Positions 9,228 to 18,175 of a stretch of 32,000 nt of DNA are shown here, in pieces. This stretch comes from Synechococcus sp. A15-24 (GTDB taxonomy: Bacteria; Cyanobacteriota; Cyanobacteriia; PCC-6307; Cyanobiaceae), in assembly GCF_014280195.1 (NCBI RefSeq), contig NZ_CP047960.1, positions 1,620,001 to 1,652,000 of the forward strand. Direction: 5' to 3'. A program made the position numbers and the translations under genes. Below the pieces are notes generated by a model that worked only from the letters and a program-made list of their open reading frames with translations, searched no databases and was not told where the DNA came from. The stretch's first letter is position 1, and each line of letters starts with the position of its first letter.

Positions 9228-10842
9228 CCCGAAGTTTCACTCCGGAAGCCTCACGAACCACTTCCGCGCAGCTTTCCAGACTCCACTGCTCCAGGCTCAG
9301 GTTCTGGTTGAGTCGCTCCGGCACAAGCACCAGATCGAGCACATCCGGTGTGGTGTTCACCCGCAACGACGCCACCACAGGCTCTGGTCGACGGTCAAGG
9401 GCTGAGGCCAAACGCAACAGCAGAGCCATTTCGCTGACGCGACGACGGTTGTCACGCGTCACCAGCGCCTGCCAGGACTCATGCCGTTTCTTGGGAAGAC
9501 TGCGGCGGTGATAGCGGGCAATCGCCGCCACCATCAGATGCTCCGCCTCGGAATAGCCAAGAAGCTCACCATGACGGATCAAGTACCAGGAGTGCTTGTG
9601 ATACGCACTGAGGTTGATGTGCTGTCCGCAGGCATGAAGCATCGCGGCAGCCCAGAGCAACTCACGTCCCTGGCCATCGTCCTGGTGCATCAGGCCCTCC
9701 GTGGCGTCATACAAACTCAGGGCATGAGTGGCGACCCGTTCGGCTCGCCGCTGGTTCACTGCAAAGCGCTGCACCTGATGAATCACCGTGCGCTGCCGAA
9801 TGCTGCTCTGAAAACTGAAGCGGTCCTCAAGCAGGCCATGGCGCAGCATCCAATCAACGATCAGTCCCTCCCGCAGCGCCCGTTCACTGAGAACGAGTTC
9901 ATCCACGCCGAGCATTTGCATGGTGGTCTGCAGAATCAGGGCCCCGGGCACGATGATTTCGGCCCTTCGGTCATTGATCGGCGATAGATCCCGTCGCTGC
10001 TCCGGAGTCATCGTCACCAGCTTCTCGACCACCCGATCAAGCCGCTGCCGCGACACCCGATAGCCGTGCAGTTTCAACGGAGGGCGATCGTCCTCACTAG
10101 CCGCCAGTGCCCCGATGGCCATGGCCGTGCCGCTTGTGGCCACTAAAACAGGAATTTCCCCGGGTTTGATCCGCCGGTGCACCTTGTCGACGGCCGGCTC
10201 CAGGGAGCCCTGGATGAAGGCCTGCAGGAACGAACGACGCTGGGGGGGGATTGGATCGTCCTTGACGAAATCCCGTTGCAACCGCACCGCACCCACCCGG
10301 GTGCTGGTGAGGGCTCGGGCATCGCGTCCATCGGCCAGGATCAGTTCCGTCGATCCGCCACCGATGTCCAGAAGCAGGTGGGGGCGATCTCCGAAGGACA
10401 TACCGGACAGCACCCCGAGATAGATCAGACGGGCCTCCTCCGGGCCACTGACCAGGTCCACATCCATGCCGAGACCGTCCTGGATGCTCTGGAGAAACTC
10501 CCGACCATTGGGAGCCTCCCGCACGGCGCTGGTGGCTGCGGTCACGATCTGCTCAACGTCGTGACTGATCGCCAGGTCTCGGAAACGCCGCAGCGTTTCG
10601 TAGCCGCGCTGCATACCCGCCGACGTGAGTTCGCCGCTATCCGGATCCCGCTCCCCGAGTCGTGTGGTCGACTTCTCCGCTTGTTCGATGCTGAAGGTGC
10701 CCAGGGTGGTGTCAACGGAGGCCACCAGCAGATGAGTGGAGTTGGTGCCGATGTCGATGGCGGCCACCCGGCGGGTCTGGGCCGACGATCTCGTCGGTTG
10801 CGACCCTGCCGGAGCCTCTGATTCAGACACAGCGTCCAGCAT
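9211..10842 (-). CDS. ppx: Exopolyphosphatase / guanosine pentaphosphate phosphohydrolase (Ppx/GppA family with C-terminal HD-like domain)
   Basis: VAAIDIGTNSTHLLVA, LLLDIGGGSTELIL and ..ATSGTA.. are ASKHA-fold phosphate motifs, and the C-terminal half is LHACGQHINLSAYHKHSWYLI. The start is set at ATG 10842; the track start at 10878 is a GTG. Confidence 0.85.
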   Translation of the reverse strand: MLDAVSESEAPAGSQPTRSSAQTRRVAAIDIGTNSTHLLVASVDTTLGTFSIEQAEKSTTRLGERDPDSGELTSAGMQRGYETLRRFRDLAISHDVEQIVTAATSAVREAPNGREFLQSIQDGLGMDVDLVSGPEEARLIYLGVLSGMSFGDRPHLLLDIGGGSTELILADGRDARALTSTRVGAVRLQRDFVKDDPIPPQRRSFLQAFIQGSLEPAVDKVHRRIKPGEIPVLVATSGTAMAIGALAASEDDRPPLKLHGYRVSRQRLDRVVEKLVTMTPEQRRDLSPINDRRAEIIVPGALILQTTMQMLGVDELVLSERALREGLIVDWMLRHGLLEDRFSFQSSIRQRTVIHQVQRFAVNQRRAERVATHALSLYDATEGLMHQDDGQGRELLWAAAMLHACGQHINLSAYHKHSWYLIRHGELLGYSEAEHLMVAAIARYHRRSLPKKRHESWQALVTRDNRRRVSEMALLLRLASALDRRPEPVVASLRVNTTPDVLDLVLVPERLNQNLSLEQWSLESCAEVVREASGVKLRVSVQG

Positions 10843-10931
10843 CGTCGGCCCTGTCCAGGAGTCGATCCACTTTGCCACCGATGGTCGTTCTCGCCAGGCG
10901 CTGACTAGGGTTCTTCAAATCTTCGGGCTCC

Positions 10932-11825
10932 GTGGACAGCATTCGTGAACGCCTTGGCCCCTGGCTTGAACTGCTGCGCTGGACCAAGCCGACGGGTCGC
11001 CTAATCCTGTTGATTCCCGCCGGCTGGAGCCTTTGGTTGTCCCCCTCAGCACCGCCGGAACTGGATCTGCTTCTGCAGATCGTGGTTGGTGGCCTGGCTG
11101 TGAGTGGTGCCGGCTGCATCGCCAACGATCTCTGGGACCGCCGTTTTGATGGCCGGGTGGAACGGACCAAACAGCGTCCCCTGGCCAGGGGTGCGATCCG
11201 GCCGACATCAGCCCTAGTGCTGTTGATCGTTCTGCTGTCCCTCAGCCTTGCCGTGGTTCTCAGCCTTGATGAAGCCAGCCGGCAGCTATGCCTGCTGCTC
11301 TCCATCGGCGCCCTGCCAGCGATCCTGCTCTATCCCTCCGCCAAGCGCTGGTTCGCCTACCCCCAGGCGGTGCTGGCCTTCTGCTGGGGCTTTGCCGTGC
11401 TGATCCCCTGGGCTGCAGCTGAACGGAGCCTGACCCTGCAGCCGGCCCTGATCGGTTGTTGGCTGGCCACGCTTCTGTGGACCTTTGGCTTCGACACGGT
11501 TTATGCCATGGCCGACCGCCGTGATGATGCGTTCATCGGTCTCAACAGCAGTGCATTGAGCCTGGGGAACCGAGCCGTCGTCACCGTCAGAGCCTGTTAC
11601 GTGTTGACGGTCGTCGCTCTTGGGGTGGCCGCCGCCAGCGCAGGGGTTCATCCACTGTTCTGGATCTTCTGGCTCGGCGCCTCCCTGCTGATGCAGATCA
11701 GTTGCCAATCCTTGAATCACAGGAACGCCACCATGGCCAGCTTTGGCCTGCACTTCCGCCGTCAGGTCCAGCTGGGCAGCCTGCTGCTGCTGGGGCTGAT
11801 CGTGAGCCGCGGGCTATCCGGATGA
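10932..11825 (+). CDS. ubiA: 4-hydroxybenzoate polyprenyl(solanesyl)transferase, UbiA family (plastoquinone pathway in cyanobacteria)
   Basis: GTG start. It has the UbiA Asp-rich motif NDLWDRRFDGRVERTKQRPLARG, a second motif ..YAMADRRDD.., and many TM segments. Confidence 0.8.
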   Translation: MDSIRERLGPWLELLRWTKPTGRLILLIPAGWSLWLSPSAPPELDLLLQIVVGGLAVSGAGCIANDLWDRRFDGRVERTKQRPLARGAIRPTSALVLLIVLLSLSLAVVLSLDEASRQLCLLLSIGALPAILLYPSAKRWFAYPQAVLAFCWGFAVLIPWAAAERSLTLQPALIGCWLATLLWTFGFDTVYAMADRRDDAFIGLNSSALSLGNRAVVTVRACYVLTVVALGVAAASAGVHPLFWIFWLGASLLMQISCQSLNHRNATMASFGLHFRRQVQLGSLLLLGLIVSRGLSG

Positions 11826-12700
11826 GCGCGATGCAGACAGCCATCCCTCTCCGCCCGGGAGACACCGTCGCCACGGTGGCTCCGAGCTCGGCCCTGGAGG
11901 ACGACCAACGCCTGCAGGAGGGTCTGGCGGTGCTAAGGGGCTGGGGGCTGTGCCCCTTGGAGCAGAACGTGAGCGCGCGTCGTTGGGGGCACCTGGCTGG
12001 AACCGACCAAGAGCGCTTCAGCGACTTATGCCAGGAGGCGCCACTGCTGGCCTGTGCCCGGGGCGGCTGGGGATCGGCACGGCTGCTGGAATGGTCCATT
12101 CGATGGAAACCAGGCTGGCTACTGGGCTTCTCCGATATCACCTCCCTGCTCTGGTCCAGGTTGAAAGCAGGGTTGGCTGGCGGCATTCACGGCCCGCTCC
12201 TCACCACCCTCGGGGCGGAACCGGCGTGGAGCCAGGAACGGTTGCGTCAGCTGCTGTTCGGAGAGACACCTCCAGCTCTGAAGGGGGAACCACGGGGAGG
12301 AGGGCAGACCACAGGTCCCTTGATCGCAGCCAACCTCACCGTGGCCAGCCACCTGCTCGGTTCTGATCACGTGCCGGAGCTTCAGGGCGCCATCCTGATT
12401 CTTGAAGATGTGGGCGAGGCGCCGTATCGAATCGACCGGATGCTGACCCACTGGAGATTGTGCGGTGCACTTCAACAGCTCGGCGGCATTGGCTTCGGTC
12501 AATTCGAAGGATGCGACCGCAGCCTGAATGACCCGCTCACCACAACTCTCGAGGCAGTGCTCGACGAGCGCACCGCCGATCTGAACATTCCCGTGGTGAA
12601 GAACCTTCCGGTTGGCCACATCTGCGGCAATGCCGCCTTGCCGATGGGGCAGCTGGCCTGTCTCGACGGCAACCTCGGCAGCCTCAGTCTTGATGCCTGA
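11822..12700 (+). CDS. ldcA: LD-carboxypeptidase (peptidase S66, LdcA-like)
   Basis: ATG 11822 overlaps the ubiA stop (ATGA). [23 protein letters not shown].., the nucleophile motif GFSDITSLL, ..[18 protein letters not shown].. and ..LPVGHICGN.. fit the S66 Ser-Glu-His arrangement. Confidence 0.75.
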   Translation: MSAMQTAIPLRPGDTVATVAPSSALEDDQRLQEGLAVLRGWGLCPLEQNVSARRWGHLAGTDQERFSDLCQEAPLLACARGGWGSARLLEWSIRWKPGWLLGFSDITSLLWSRLKAGLAGGIHGPLLTTLGAEPAWSQERLRQLLFGETPPALKGEPRGGGQTTGPLIAANLTVASHLLGSDHVPELQGAILILEDVGEAPYRIDRMLTHWRLCGALQQLGGIGFGQFEGCDRSLNDPLTTTLEAVLDERTADLNIPVVKNLPVGHICGNAALPMGQLACLDGNLGSLSLDA

Positions 12701-13403
12701 GGGCAAGCACTGCTTCGGCGACGTTGAGGTCAAACGGTGTGGTCACTTTGATGTTCGACGGTCCTGCATCCAGCACCTGCACTGGCCAGCCCAGGCGTTC
12801 GTACAGCGACGCGTCATCGGTGACAGTCCACCCCTTGGCCTCAGCCTCGGCATGGCCCTGGCGCAACTGGTCCACCTGGAAACCCTGAGGGGTCTGAGCC
12901 GCCCAGAGCTCCGAGCGGTCCGGCGTGTCTGTAATCACGCCATCGGCATCCACCCGTTTGATCGTGTCGGTGACGGGGGTTGCCGCGATCAGAGCCTGAC
13001 CCGATGCCAGGGCCATCGCGCAGCGATCGAACAGTGCCGGTTCCGCCAGGCAGCGGGCGCCGTCATGGATCAGCACCTGCTCAGCAGCCTCCGGCAAGCC
13101 CGCCAGTCCGCGCAACACCGACTCCTGCCGCGTGCTGCCGCCCTGGATCCAGGTCACTGGCTTATTGGCATCTCGCACGAGGTCAAGGATCGGTTCGCGA
13201 TCGATCTCCTGACCCACCACACCGATCCATTGGATGTGTTCAGCAGCCAACGCCGCCTTCAGCGTCCAGGCGATCACAGGCTTCCCGGCCAATGGCAACA
13301 GAAGCTTGTTGCGATCCGCGCCCATGCGGCGACCACTGCCCGCTGCGGCGATCAACAGATGCACAAGCGACTCCTGCCGCAGGCAGGCCGAAACGGCCTC
13401 CAT
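12684..13403 (-). CDS. ispD: 2-C-methyl-D-erythritol 4-phosphate cytidylyltransferase
   Basis: ..[31 protein letters not shown].., ..[10 protein letters not shown].. and ..AAQTPQGF.. are present. The start is placed at ATG 13403; GTG 13364 (MHLLIAAAG) and ATG 13439 are alternatives. Confidence 0.85.
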   Translation of the reverse strand: MEAVSACLRQESLVHLLIAAAGSGRRMGADRNKLLLPLAGKPVIAWTLKAALAAEHIQWIGVVGQEIDREPILDLVRDANKPVTWIQGGSTRQESVLRGLAGLPEAAEQVLIHDGARCLAEPALFDRCAMALASGQALIAATPVTDTIKRVDADGVITDTPDRSELWAAQTPQGFQVDQLRQGHAEAEAKGWTVTDDASLYERLGWPVQVLDAGPSNIKVTTPFDLNVAEAVLALRHQD

Positions 13404-13437
13404 ACAATCAGCTCGCACCACGCCCTGAGGCGAGTCC

Positions 13438-14271
13438 ATGCGTGTTCTTGCTCTCAGCCCTGGCTCGCTTGCGCTGCAACTCGATCGACTGCCTGCTCTG
13501 GTCAGCTTTTGCGAACAGGTGGGAGCCACCCTGCAGGTGGCCTGCGCCCCAACCTGTCGCGGGGCCTGGGACTTCATTCCCCAGGTGGAGAAGATCCTCC
13601 CCTTCGATTTCGAGGCAACCCCCACCCTGGCGGACTGGGCCAACCTGCTGGGCTGCGTGCGCGAGCCAGATTTTCAGGTCTGCCTCAACTTCGCTGAAGG
13701 ACAGCAAGTGAACCTGATGCTGTCGATGAGTCACATCCCCACGCGCGTCGCCAGCAGTGGCTTTTCCAGCACTGTGATCGTCTCCACCGGCGAGGGCTGG
13801 TGTGCCCAGCGCCTGGCCAGCTTTTTGAAACCACTGGGCTGCACCCTGGATGCGGACCGCTTCCGCCTGGCCCTCTCCAGCAAGGATCTCGATGCCGCCC
13901 GCGCCGAGCAACCCGCTGGCGAAGGCCCGATGCTGCTTCTCGCTCCTGCTGGCTCGACAGGGGATTGGCCGGAGCAGCGCTGGACATCACTGCCTGAGTC
14001 CATTGCGCAGCGCCTTAAGGGACTGCGCACCTTGCAGCTGAGTCCTGAGCAGCCCCTGAACCGTCGTGCAGCGGCTGTCGCCAGCTCCGATGTGGTTCTC
14101 AGCAGCTGTCCGGTGACCCAGCGGCTGGCGGTCTACAGCGGCGTGCCGCTGGTGGCGCTGGGAGCACAACCTGAAAACCTTCCCAACCGGCCAGAGATTC
14201 GCTGTCTTGGGCACCAAGCTGATCTCAGCGCCCTGAAGGATGGCGAGGTGCTGCAGGCCCTCGGGTTCTGA
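13438..14271 (+). CDS. Glycosyltransferase family 9 (heptosyltransferase-fold)-like protein, short and apparently degenerate
   Basis: [24 protein letters not shown].. resembles the GT9 N-terminus. ..[28 protein letters not shown].. and ..[27 protein letters not shown].. resemble the GT9 C-terminal half. It is only 277 aa, and the usual DSG segment is replaced. Confidence 0.5.
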   Translation: MRVLALSPGSLALQLDRLPALVSFCEQVGATLQVACAPTCRGAWDFIPQVEKILPFDFEATPTLADWANLLGCVREPDFQVCLNFAEGQQVNLMLSMSHIPTRVASSGFSSTVIVSTGEGWCAQRLASFLKPLGCTLDADRFRLALSSKDLDAARAEQPAGEGPMLLLAPAGSTGDWPEQRWTSLPESIAQRLKGLRTLQLSPEQPLNRRAAAVASSDVVLSSCPVTQRLAVYSGVPLVALGAQPENLPNRPEIRCLGHQADLSALKDGEVLQALGF

Positions 14272-14280
14272 CCGCTGCTG

Positions 14281-15348
14281 ATGACCCAGGGATCCCGACG
14301 CCGGACGAGCCGACGCCAGCTCAAGCTGCTGGCAGCCCCCTGGCGCGGTCCCTTCAGCGCCCTATCGGCCGTGATCCTGATCGGTGCGATCGGTTACCGC
14401 CTCACGGAAGGCTGGGATTGGGGGGACTGTCTGTGGATGGTACTGATCACCATCAGCACCATCGGCTACGGGGAGGTGGAAACCCTCTCCCCAGCTGGAC
14501 GGCTGGTGACGGTGCTGATCGTGGTCGGTGGCCTGATCGTTGTTCAACTTGCCATTCAGCGGGTGCTTGGCCTGAAGGACGCGGGTTATTTCCGCAGACT
14601 GCAGGAGTTCCGCATCCACCGCATGCTGGAAAGCCTGCATGATCACGTCATCCTCTGCGGCTACGGGCGCATCGGTCAGGAGATCGCAGCCCAGCTGCAG
14701 CGTGATCAGATTCCCCTCGTGGTGATTGAGACCGACCCGGATCGTCGGGATGTTGCAGAAGCCAATGGACTGCAGGTGCTTCAGGCGGATGCGACCCTCG
14801 ATGAAACGCTCCTGGACGCTGGCCTGGAACGCTGTCAAAGCCTGGTGGCCGCCCTGCCTGGCGATGCCTCGAATTTGTACGTGACTCTCAGCGCCCGGGG
14901 GTTGAACCCCAGCTGCAGGCTCATTGCACGAGCCAACAGCGATGAAGCAGCCACGAAGCTGCGGCTCGCCGGCGCCACGGTTGTGGTGAGTCCCTATGTG
15001 GCCGGTGGTCGGGTGATGGCAGCCTCCGCACTCCGTCCACTGGCCCTGAATTTCATGGAACTTTTGGCGGGGTCGGATTTCGAAATCGAGGAGTTCCAGC
15101 TGAGCCGTGACCCTCTGCATCTGATGGACATTCGAGGCAGAAGCCTGGCGGAACTGGAACTGGGCCGCCGCAGCGGAGCCCTCGTGCTTGCCATCCGAGA
15201 CAGGAGTGAGCTGATCGCCAACCCAGGCGGGGAAACCCAATTGGCCCCCGGCCAACTGCTGATCGTGCTGGGCAGTAAGCCGCAACTCAAGCGTTTTCAA
15301 GACCTGCTTGGCGAGGCGGTCGACAGCATCGAAACCATGGCGGGTTGA
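14281..15348 (+). CDS. Two-TM potassium channel with cytoplasmic RCK domains (TrkA-N/TrkA-C; MthK-like)
   Basis: It has the selectivity filter TISTIGYGE between two hydrophobic helices, a Rossmann motif VILCGYGRIGQEIA, and a C-terminal TrkA-C-like segment ..RSLAELELGRRSGALVLAIRD... Confidence 0.8.
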   Translation: MTQGSRRRTSRRQLKLLAAPWRGPFSALSAVILIGAIGYRLTEGWDWGDCLWMVLITISTIGYGEVETLSPAGRLVTVLIVVGGLIVVQLAIQRVLGLKDAGYFRRLQEFRIHRMLESLHDHVILCGYGRIGQEIAAQLQRDQIPLVVIETDPDRRDVAEANGLQVLQADATLDETLLDAGLERCQSLVAALPGDASNLYVTLSARGLNPSCRLIARANSDEAATKLRLAGATVVVSPYVAGGRVMAASALRPLALNFMELLAGSDFEIEEFQLSRDPLHLMDIRGRSLAELELGRRSGALVLAIRDRSELIANPGGETQLAPGQLLIVLGSKPQLKRFQDLLGEAVDSIETMAG

Positions 15349-15395
15349 GCCGGCTCCAGGCGCATCCCTACGATCCTCCGATCACAGCAGCCGCC

Positions 15396-16148
15396 ATGCT
15401 CAGCTCCGCCTCCCTCGACGGTCAGACCGCATTGGTGACAGGAGGCGGACGTGGCATCGGCAAAGCCATCGCCCTGGCCCTCGCCGAAGCCGGTGCTGAG
15501 GTGGTGGTGAACTACGCCAATTCCGCTGGCGCCGCCGACGAGGTGATCGCCAGCATCACCGCAGCCGGTGGGAAGGCCTACGCCCTGAAGGCCAACGTCT
15601 CCATCGAAGAGGAGGTGGACGGACTGATCAAGGCAGTGCTGGAGCGCAGCGGCCGCCTGGATGTTCTGGTGAACAACGCCGGCATCACCAGGGACGGCTT
15701 GCTGATGCGTATGAAGACCAGCGACTGGCACGCGGTGATCGACCTGAACCTCAGCGGAGTGTTTTTGTGCAGCCGCGCTGTCGCTCGGCCGATGTTGAAG
15801 CAGAAAAGCGGCCGCATCATCAACATCACCTCCGTGGTGGGGCTGATGGGGAATGCCGGTCAGGCCAATTACGCCGCCGCCAAGGCCGGTGTGATCGGCC
15901 TGACCAAAAGCACCGCCAAGGAACTGGCCAGCCGGGGCATCACCGTTAATGCCGTCGCCCCTGGCTTCATCGCCACGGACATGACCAAGGATCTAGATGC
16001 CGACGCCATCCTCAAGGACATTCCCCTGGGCCAGTTCGGCACCCAGGAACAAGTGGCCGGAGCCGTGCGCTTTCTTGCGGCGGACCCAGCTGCTGCCTAC
16101 ATCACCGGTCAGGTGCTGCAGGTGGATGGCGGCATGGTGATGGCCTGA
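15396..16148 (+). CDS. fabG: 3-oxoacyl-[acyl-carrier-protein] reductase
   Basis: Track ORF 15345 (TTG) trimmed to ATG 15396. It has the SDR motifs TGGGRGIGKAIA, NNAG and YAAAKAG, and the C-terminal ..ITGQVLQVDGGMVMA typical of FabG. Confidence 0.9.
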   Translation: MLSSASLDGQTALVTGGGRGIGKAIALALAEAGAEVVVNYANSAGAADEVIASITAAGGKAYALKANVSIEEEVDGLIKAVLERSGRLDVLVNNAGITRDGLLMRMKTSDWHAVIDLNLSGVFLCSRAVARPMLKQKSGRIINITSVVGLMGNAGQANYAAAKAGVIGLTKSTAKELASRGITVNAVAPGFIATDMTKDLDADAILKDIPLGQFGTQEQVAGAVRFLAADPAAAYITGQVLQVDGGMVMA

Positions 16149-16152
16149 TCGG

Positions 16153-16329
16153 TCAGGAATCCAGCGGCTGAGCCAGCTCCTCCCGGAGGCGTCGGATGCG
16201 TTGCAGCAGGCGCAATCGCCGGCTTCGTTCCGTCGCCGTGAGAAAAATCCGCAGCGGGACGTAAACGAGGGCCATGGAGCCGGCCAAGCCCGCCATCAGG
16301 ACAAAGAACAGCGTGCCGTTGTCACCCAT
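16153..16329 (-). CDS. Small hypothetical membrane protein, 58 aa
   Basis: Not in the track (under 60 aa). ATG 16329 to TGA 16155..16153 gives MGDNGTLFFVLMAGLAGSMALVYVPLRIFLTATERSRRLRLLQRIRRLREELAQPLDS, one TM helix plus an Arg-rich amphipathic tail. Third codon positions are GC-rich as in neighbouring genes, while the opposite-strand track ORF 16201..16413 looks like low-complexity junk. Confidence 0.4.
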   Translation of the reverse strand: MGDNGTLFFVLMAGLAGSMALVYVPLRIFLTATERSRRLRLLQRIRRLREELAQPLDS

Positions 16330-16459
16330 GTGCGGACGTTAATCAGGGTGCGTGATGCCGACAGGAGCGGAGGCGCTCCGATTCGGCTTTCCCCACCGTT
16401 GCCCCCCTGTTGAAGGTCTCAAGTGCTGTGGGACAGTGACCAACGGCGGACCCGAGATC

Positions 16460-18175
16460 ATGGCCAAACTCCTTTCCTTCTCTGACGAATCCCGCAGCGC
16501 CCTGGAACGCGGCGTTGACGCCCTGGCTGACGCCGTCCGCGTGACCATCGGCCCGCGGGGCCGCAACGTGGTGCTCGAAAAAAAATTCGGCGCTCCCGAC
16601 ATCGTCAATGACGGCGACACCATCGCCCGAGAGATTGAACTGGACGATCCCTTCGAGAACCTCGGGGCCAAACTGATCCAGCAGGTGGCCTCGCGCACCA
16701 AAGACAAGGCCGGCGACGGCACCACCACGGCCACGGTGCTGGCCCAGGCGATGGTGAGGGAAGGTCTGCGCAACACCGCTGCAGGAGCCAGCCCTGTGGA
16801 GCTGCGACGTGGCATGGAAAAAGCTGTCGCCCAGGTGGTGGATGGCCTCCAGCAGCGCAGTCACCCCGTAGCTGGAGATGCCATCCGTCAGGTGGCCACC
16901 GTCAGTTCCGGTGGTGACGACGAAGTGGGACGGATGATCTCCGAAGCCATGGATCGCGTCAGCGCCGATGGGGTGATCACCGTTGAGGAGTCCAAATCCC
17001 TGAACACGGAGCTTGAGGTCACTGAAGGCATGGCCTTCGATCGCGGCTATAGCTCTCCCTATTTCGTGACCGACGCCGATCGTCAGATCTGTGAGTTCGA
17101 AAATCCGCTGATCCTGCTCACTGATCGCAAGATCAGCGCCATTGCTGACCTGGTTCCCGTGCTGGAGGCGGTGCAGAAGAGTGGTTCTCCTCTGCTCGTC
17201 CTGGCCGAGGAAGTGGAAGGCGAAGCCCTGGCGACCCTCGTGGTGAATCGCAACCGCGGCGTGCTGCAGGTGGCAGCTGTCCGTGCCCCATCCTTCGGAG
17301 AACGTCGCAAAGCGGCCCTGGCCGACATCGCCATCCTCACCGGTGGAACACTGATCAGCGAAGACCGGGCGATGACTCTGGACAAGGTCCAGCTGTCTGA
17401 CCTAGGCAAAGCCCGTCGCGTCACCATCAGCAAGGAGAACACCACGATCGTGGCCACGGATGATCACCGTGCCGCCGTCACAGACCGCGTCGCAGCGATC
17501 AAGCGGGAACTCGATGTCACCGACTCCGACTATGACCGCGAGAAGCTGAACGAGCGCATCGCCAAACTCGCCGGCGGCGTTGCCGTCATTAAGGTCGGTG
17601 CCCCAACAGAAACGGAACTCAAGAACCGCAAGCTGCGGATTGAGGATGCCCTCAACGCCACGCGTGCAGCGATCGAAGAAGGCATTGTTCCCGGTGGTGG
17701 AACAACACTCCTGCAACTGGCCGATGGGTTGAGCAGCCTTGTCGAGCAGCTGGAGGGCGATCAGCGCACTGGCGTCGAGATTCTGCAGCGTGCCCTGGTG
17801 GCACCGGTGCATCACATCGCCACGAATGCCGGACACAATGGCGACGTGGTGATCGAAGCCATGCGCAATAGCGGTCATGGTTTCAATGCCCTCACGGGCA
17901 CCTACGAGGATCTGATGGCCGCCGGCATTGTCGATGCCGCCAAGGTGGTGCGTCTTGCCGTTCAGGATGCTGTTTCGATCGCCTCGCTGCTGATCACCAC
18001 GGAAGTGGTGATCGCTGATAAGCCTGAGCCAGAGGCTCCCCCTGCCGATGGCGGCAGTGATCCCATGGGAGGCATGGGTGGAATGGGCGGCATGGGCATG
18101 CCTGGCATGGGCGGTATGGGTGGAATGGGCGGTATGGGTGGAATGGGCGGTATGGGCATGCCCGGGATGATGTGA
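16460..18175 (+). CDS. groEL: 60 kDa chaperonin GroEL (stand-alone copy; no groES immediately upstream)
   Basis: Track ORF 16352 trimmed to ATG 16460. [46 protein letters not shown].., ..[13 protein letters not shown].. and ..VPGGGTTL.. are present, with a Gly-Gly-Met C-terminal tail. Confidence 0.95.
   Translation: MAKLLSFSDESRSALERGVDALADAVRVTIGPRGRNVVLEKKFGAPDIVNDGDTIAREIELDDPFENLGAKLIQQVASRTKDKAGDGTTTATVLAQAMVREGLRNTAAGASPVELRRGMEKAVAQVVDGLQQRSHPVAGDAIRQVATVSSGGDDEVGRMISEAMDRVSADGVITVEESKSLNTELEVTEGMAFDRGYSSPYFVTDADRQICEFENPLILLTDRKISAIADLVPVLEAVQKSGSPLLVLAEEVEGEALATLVVNRNRGVLQVAAVRAPSFGERRKAALADIAILTGGTLISEDRAMTLDKVQLSDLGKARRVTISKENTTIVATDDHRAAVTDRVAAIKRELDVTDSDYDREKLNERIAKLAGGVAVIKVGAPTETELKNRKLRIEDALNATRAAIEEGIVPGGGTTLLQLADGLSSLVEQLEGDQRTGVEILQRALVAPVHHIATNAGHNGDVVIEAMRNSGHGFNALTGTYEDLMAAGIVDAAKVVRLAVQDAVSIASLLITTEVVIADKPEPEAPPADGGSDPMGGMGGMGGMGMPGMGGMGGMGGMGGMGGMGMPGMM
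18065..18172 (+). repeat. In-frame tandem repeat encoding the GroEL (GGM)n tail
   Basis: The region encodes MGG x3, MGMPG, MGG x5, MGMPG, MM. The 18-nt unit GGTATGGGTGGAATGGGC occurs as two perfect adjacent copies (18113-18130 and 18131-18148), followed by a partial third. Confidence 0.8.

Noticed and set aside
10242-10249. A G8 (C8 on the coding strand) homopolymer inside ppx, as a possible slipped-strand phase-variation tract.
   Set aside because: The gene is in frame as sequenced (..DDPIPPQRR..). The tract simply encodes Pro-Pro, and contingency loci of this type are not an established feature of picocyanobacteria.
12612-13697. A 361-aa plus-strand ORF, and the 243-aa ORF at 12980..13711, opposite ispD.
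   Set aside because: These are antisense shadow ORFs. The products are Arg/Pro/Gly/Ala-rich with no motifs, while the minus strand encodes a clear IspD (AAGSGRRMG). Long stop-free antisense frames are expected in DNA of about 60% GC.
14362-15300. A 312-aa minus-strand ORF opposite the K+ channel gene. Similar long ORFs lie at 5526..6263 (opposite petA), 10177..10821 (ppx), 19145..21928 (three ORFs opposite the ABC genes and ctaB), 25722..26411 (ctaE), 28258..28884 (AKR) and 29332..30357 (binding protein).
   Set aside because: In every case the opposite strand carries a protein with unmistakable family motifs. The shadow product is low-complexity (Q/R/G/P/H-rich) and has no recognisable signature.
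16330-16459. I looked for a CIRCE element (TTAGCACTC-N9-GAGTGCTAA) upstream of groEL.
   Set aside because: Only a 6/9 half-match (AAGTGCTGT at about 16420) exists, with no partner half-site. A small GGAGCG-GAGG-CGCTCC hairpin (16364-16379) is present but is not CIRCE-like, so I make no regulatory call.
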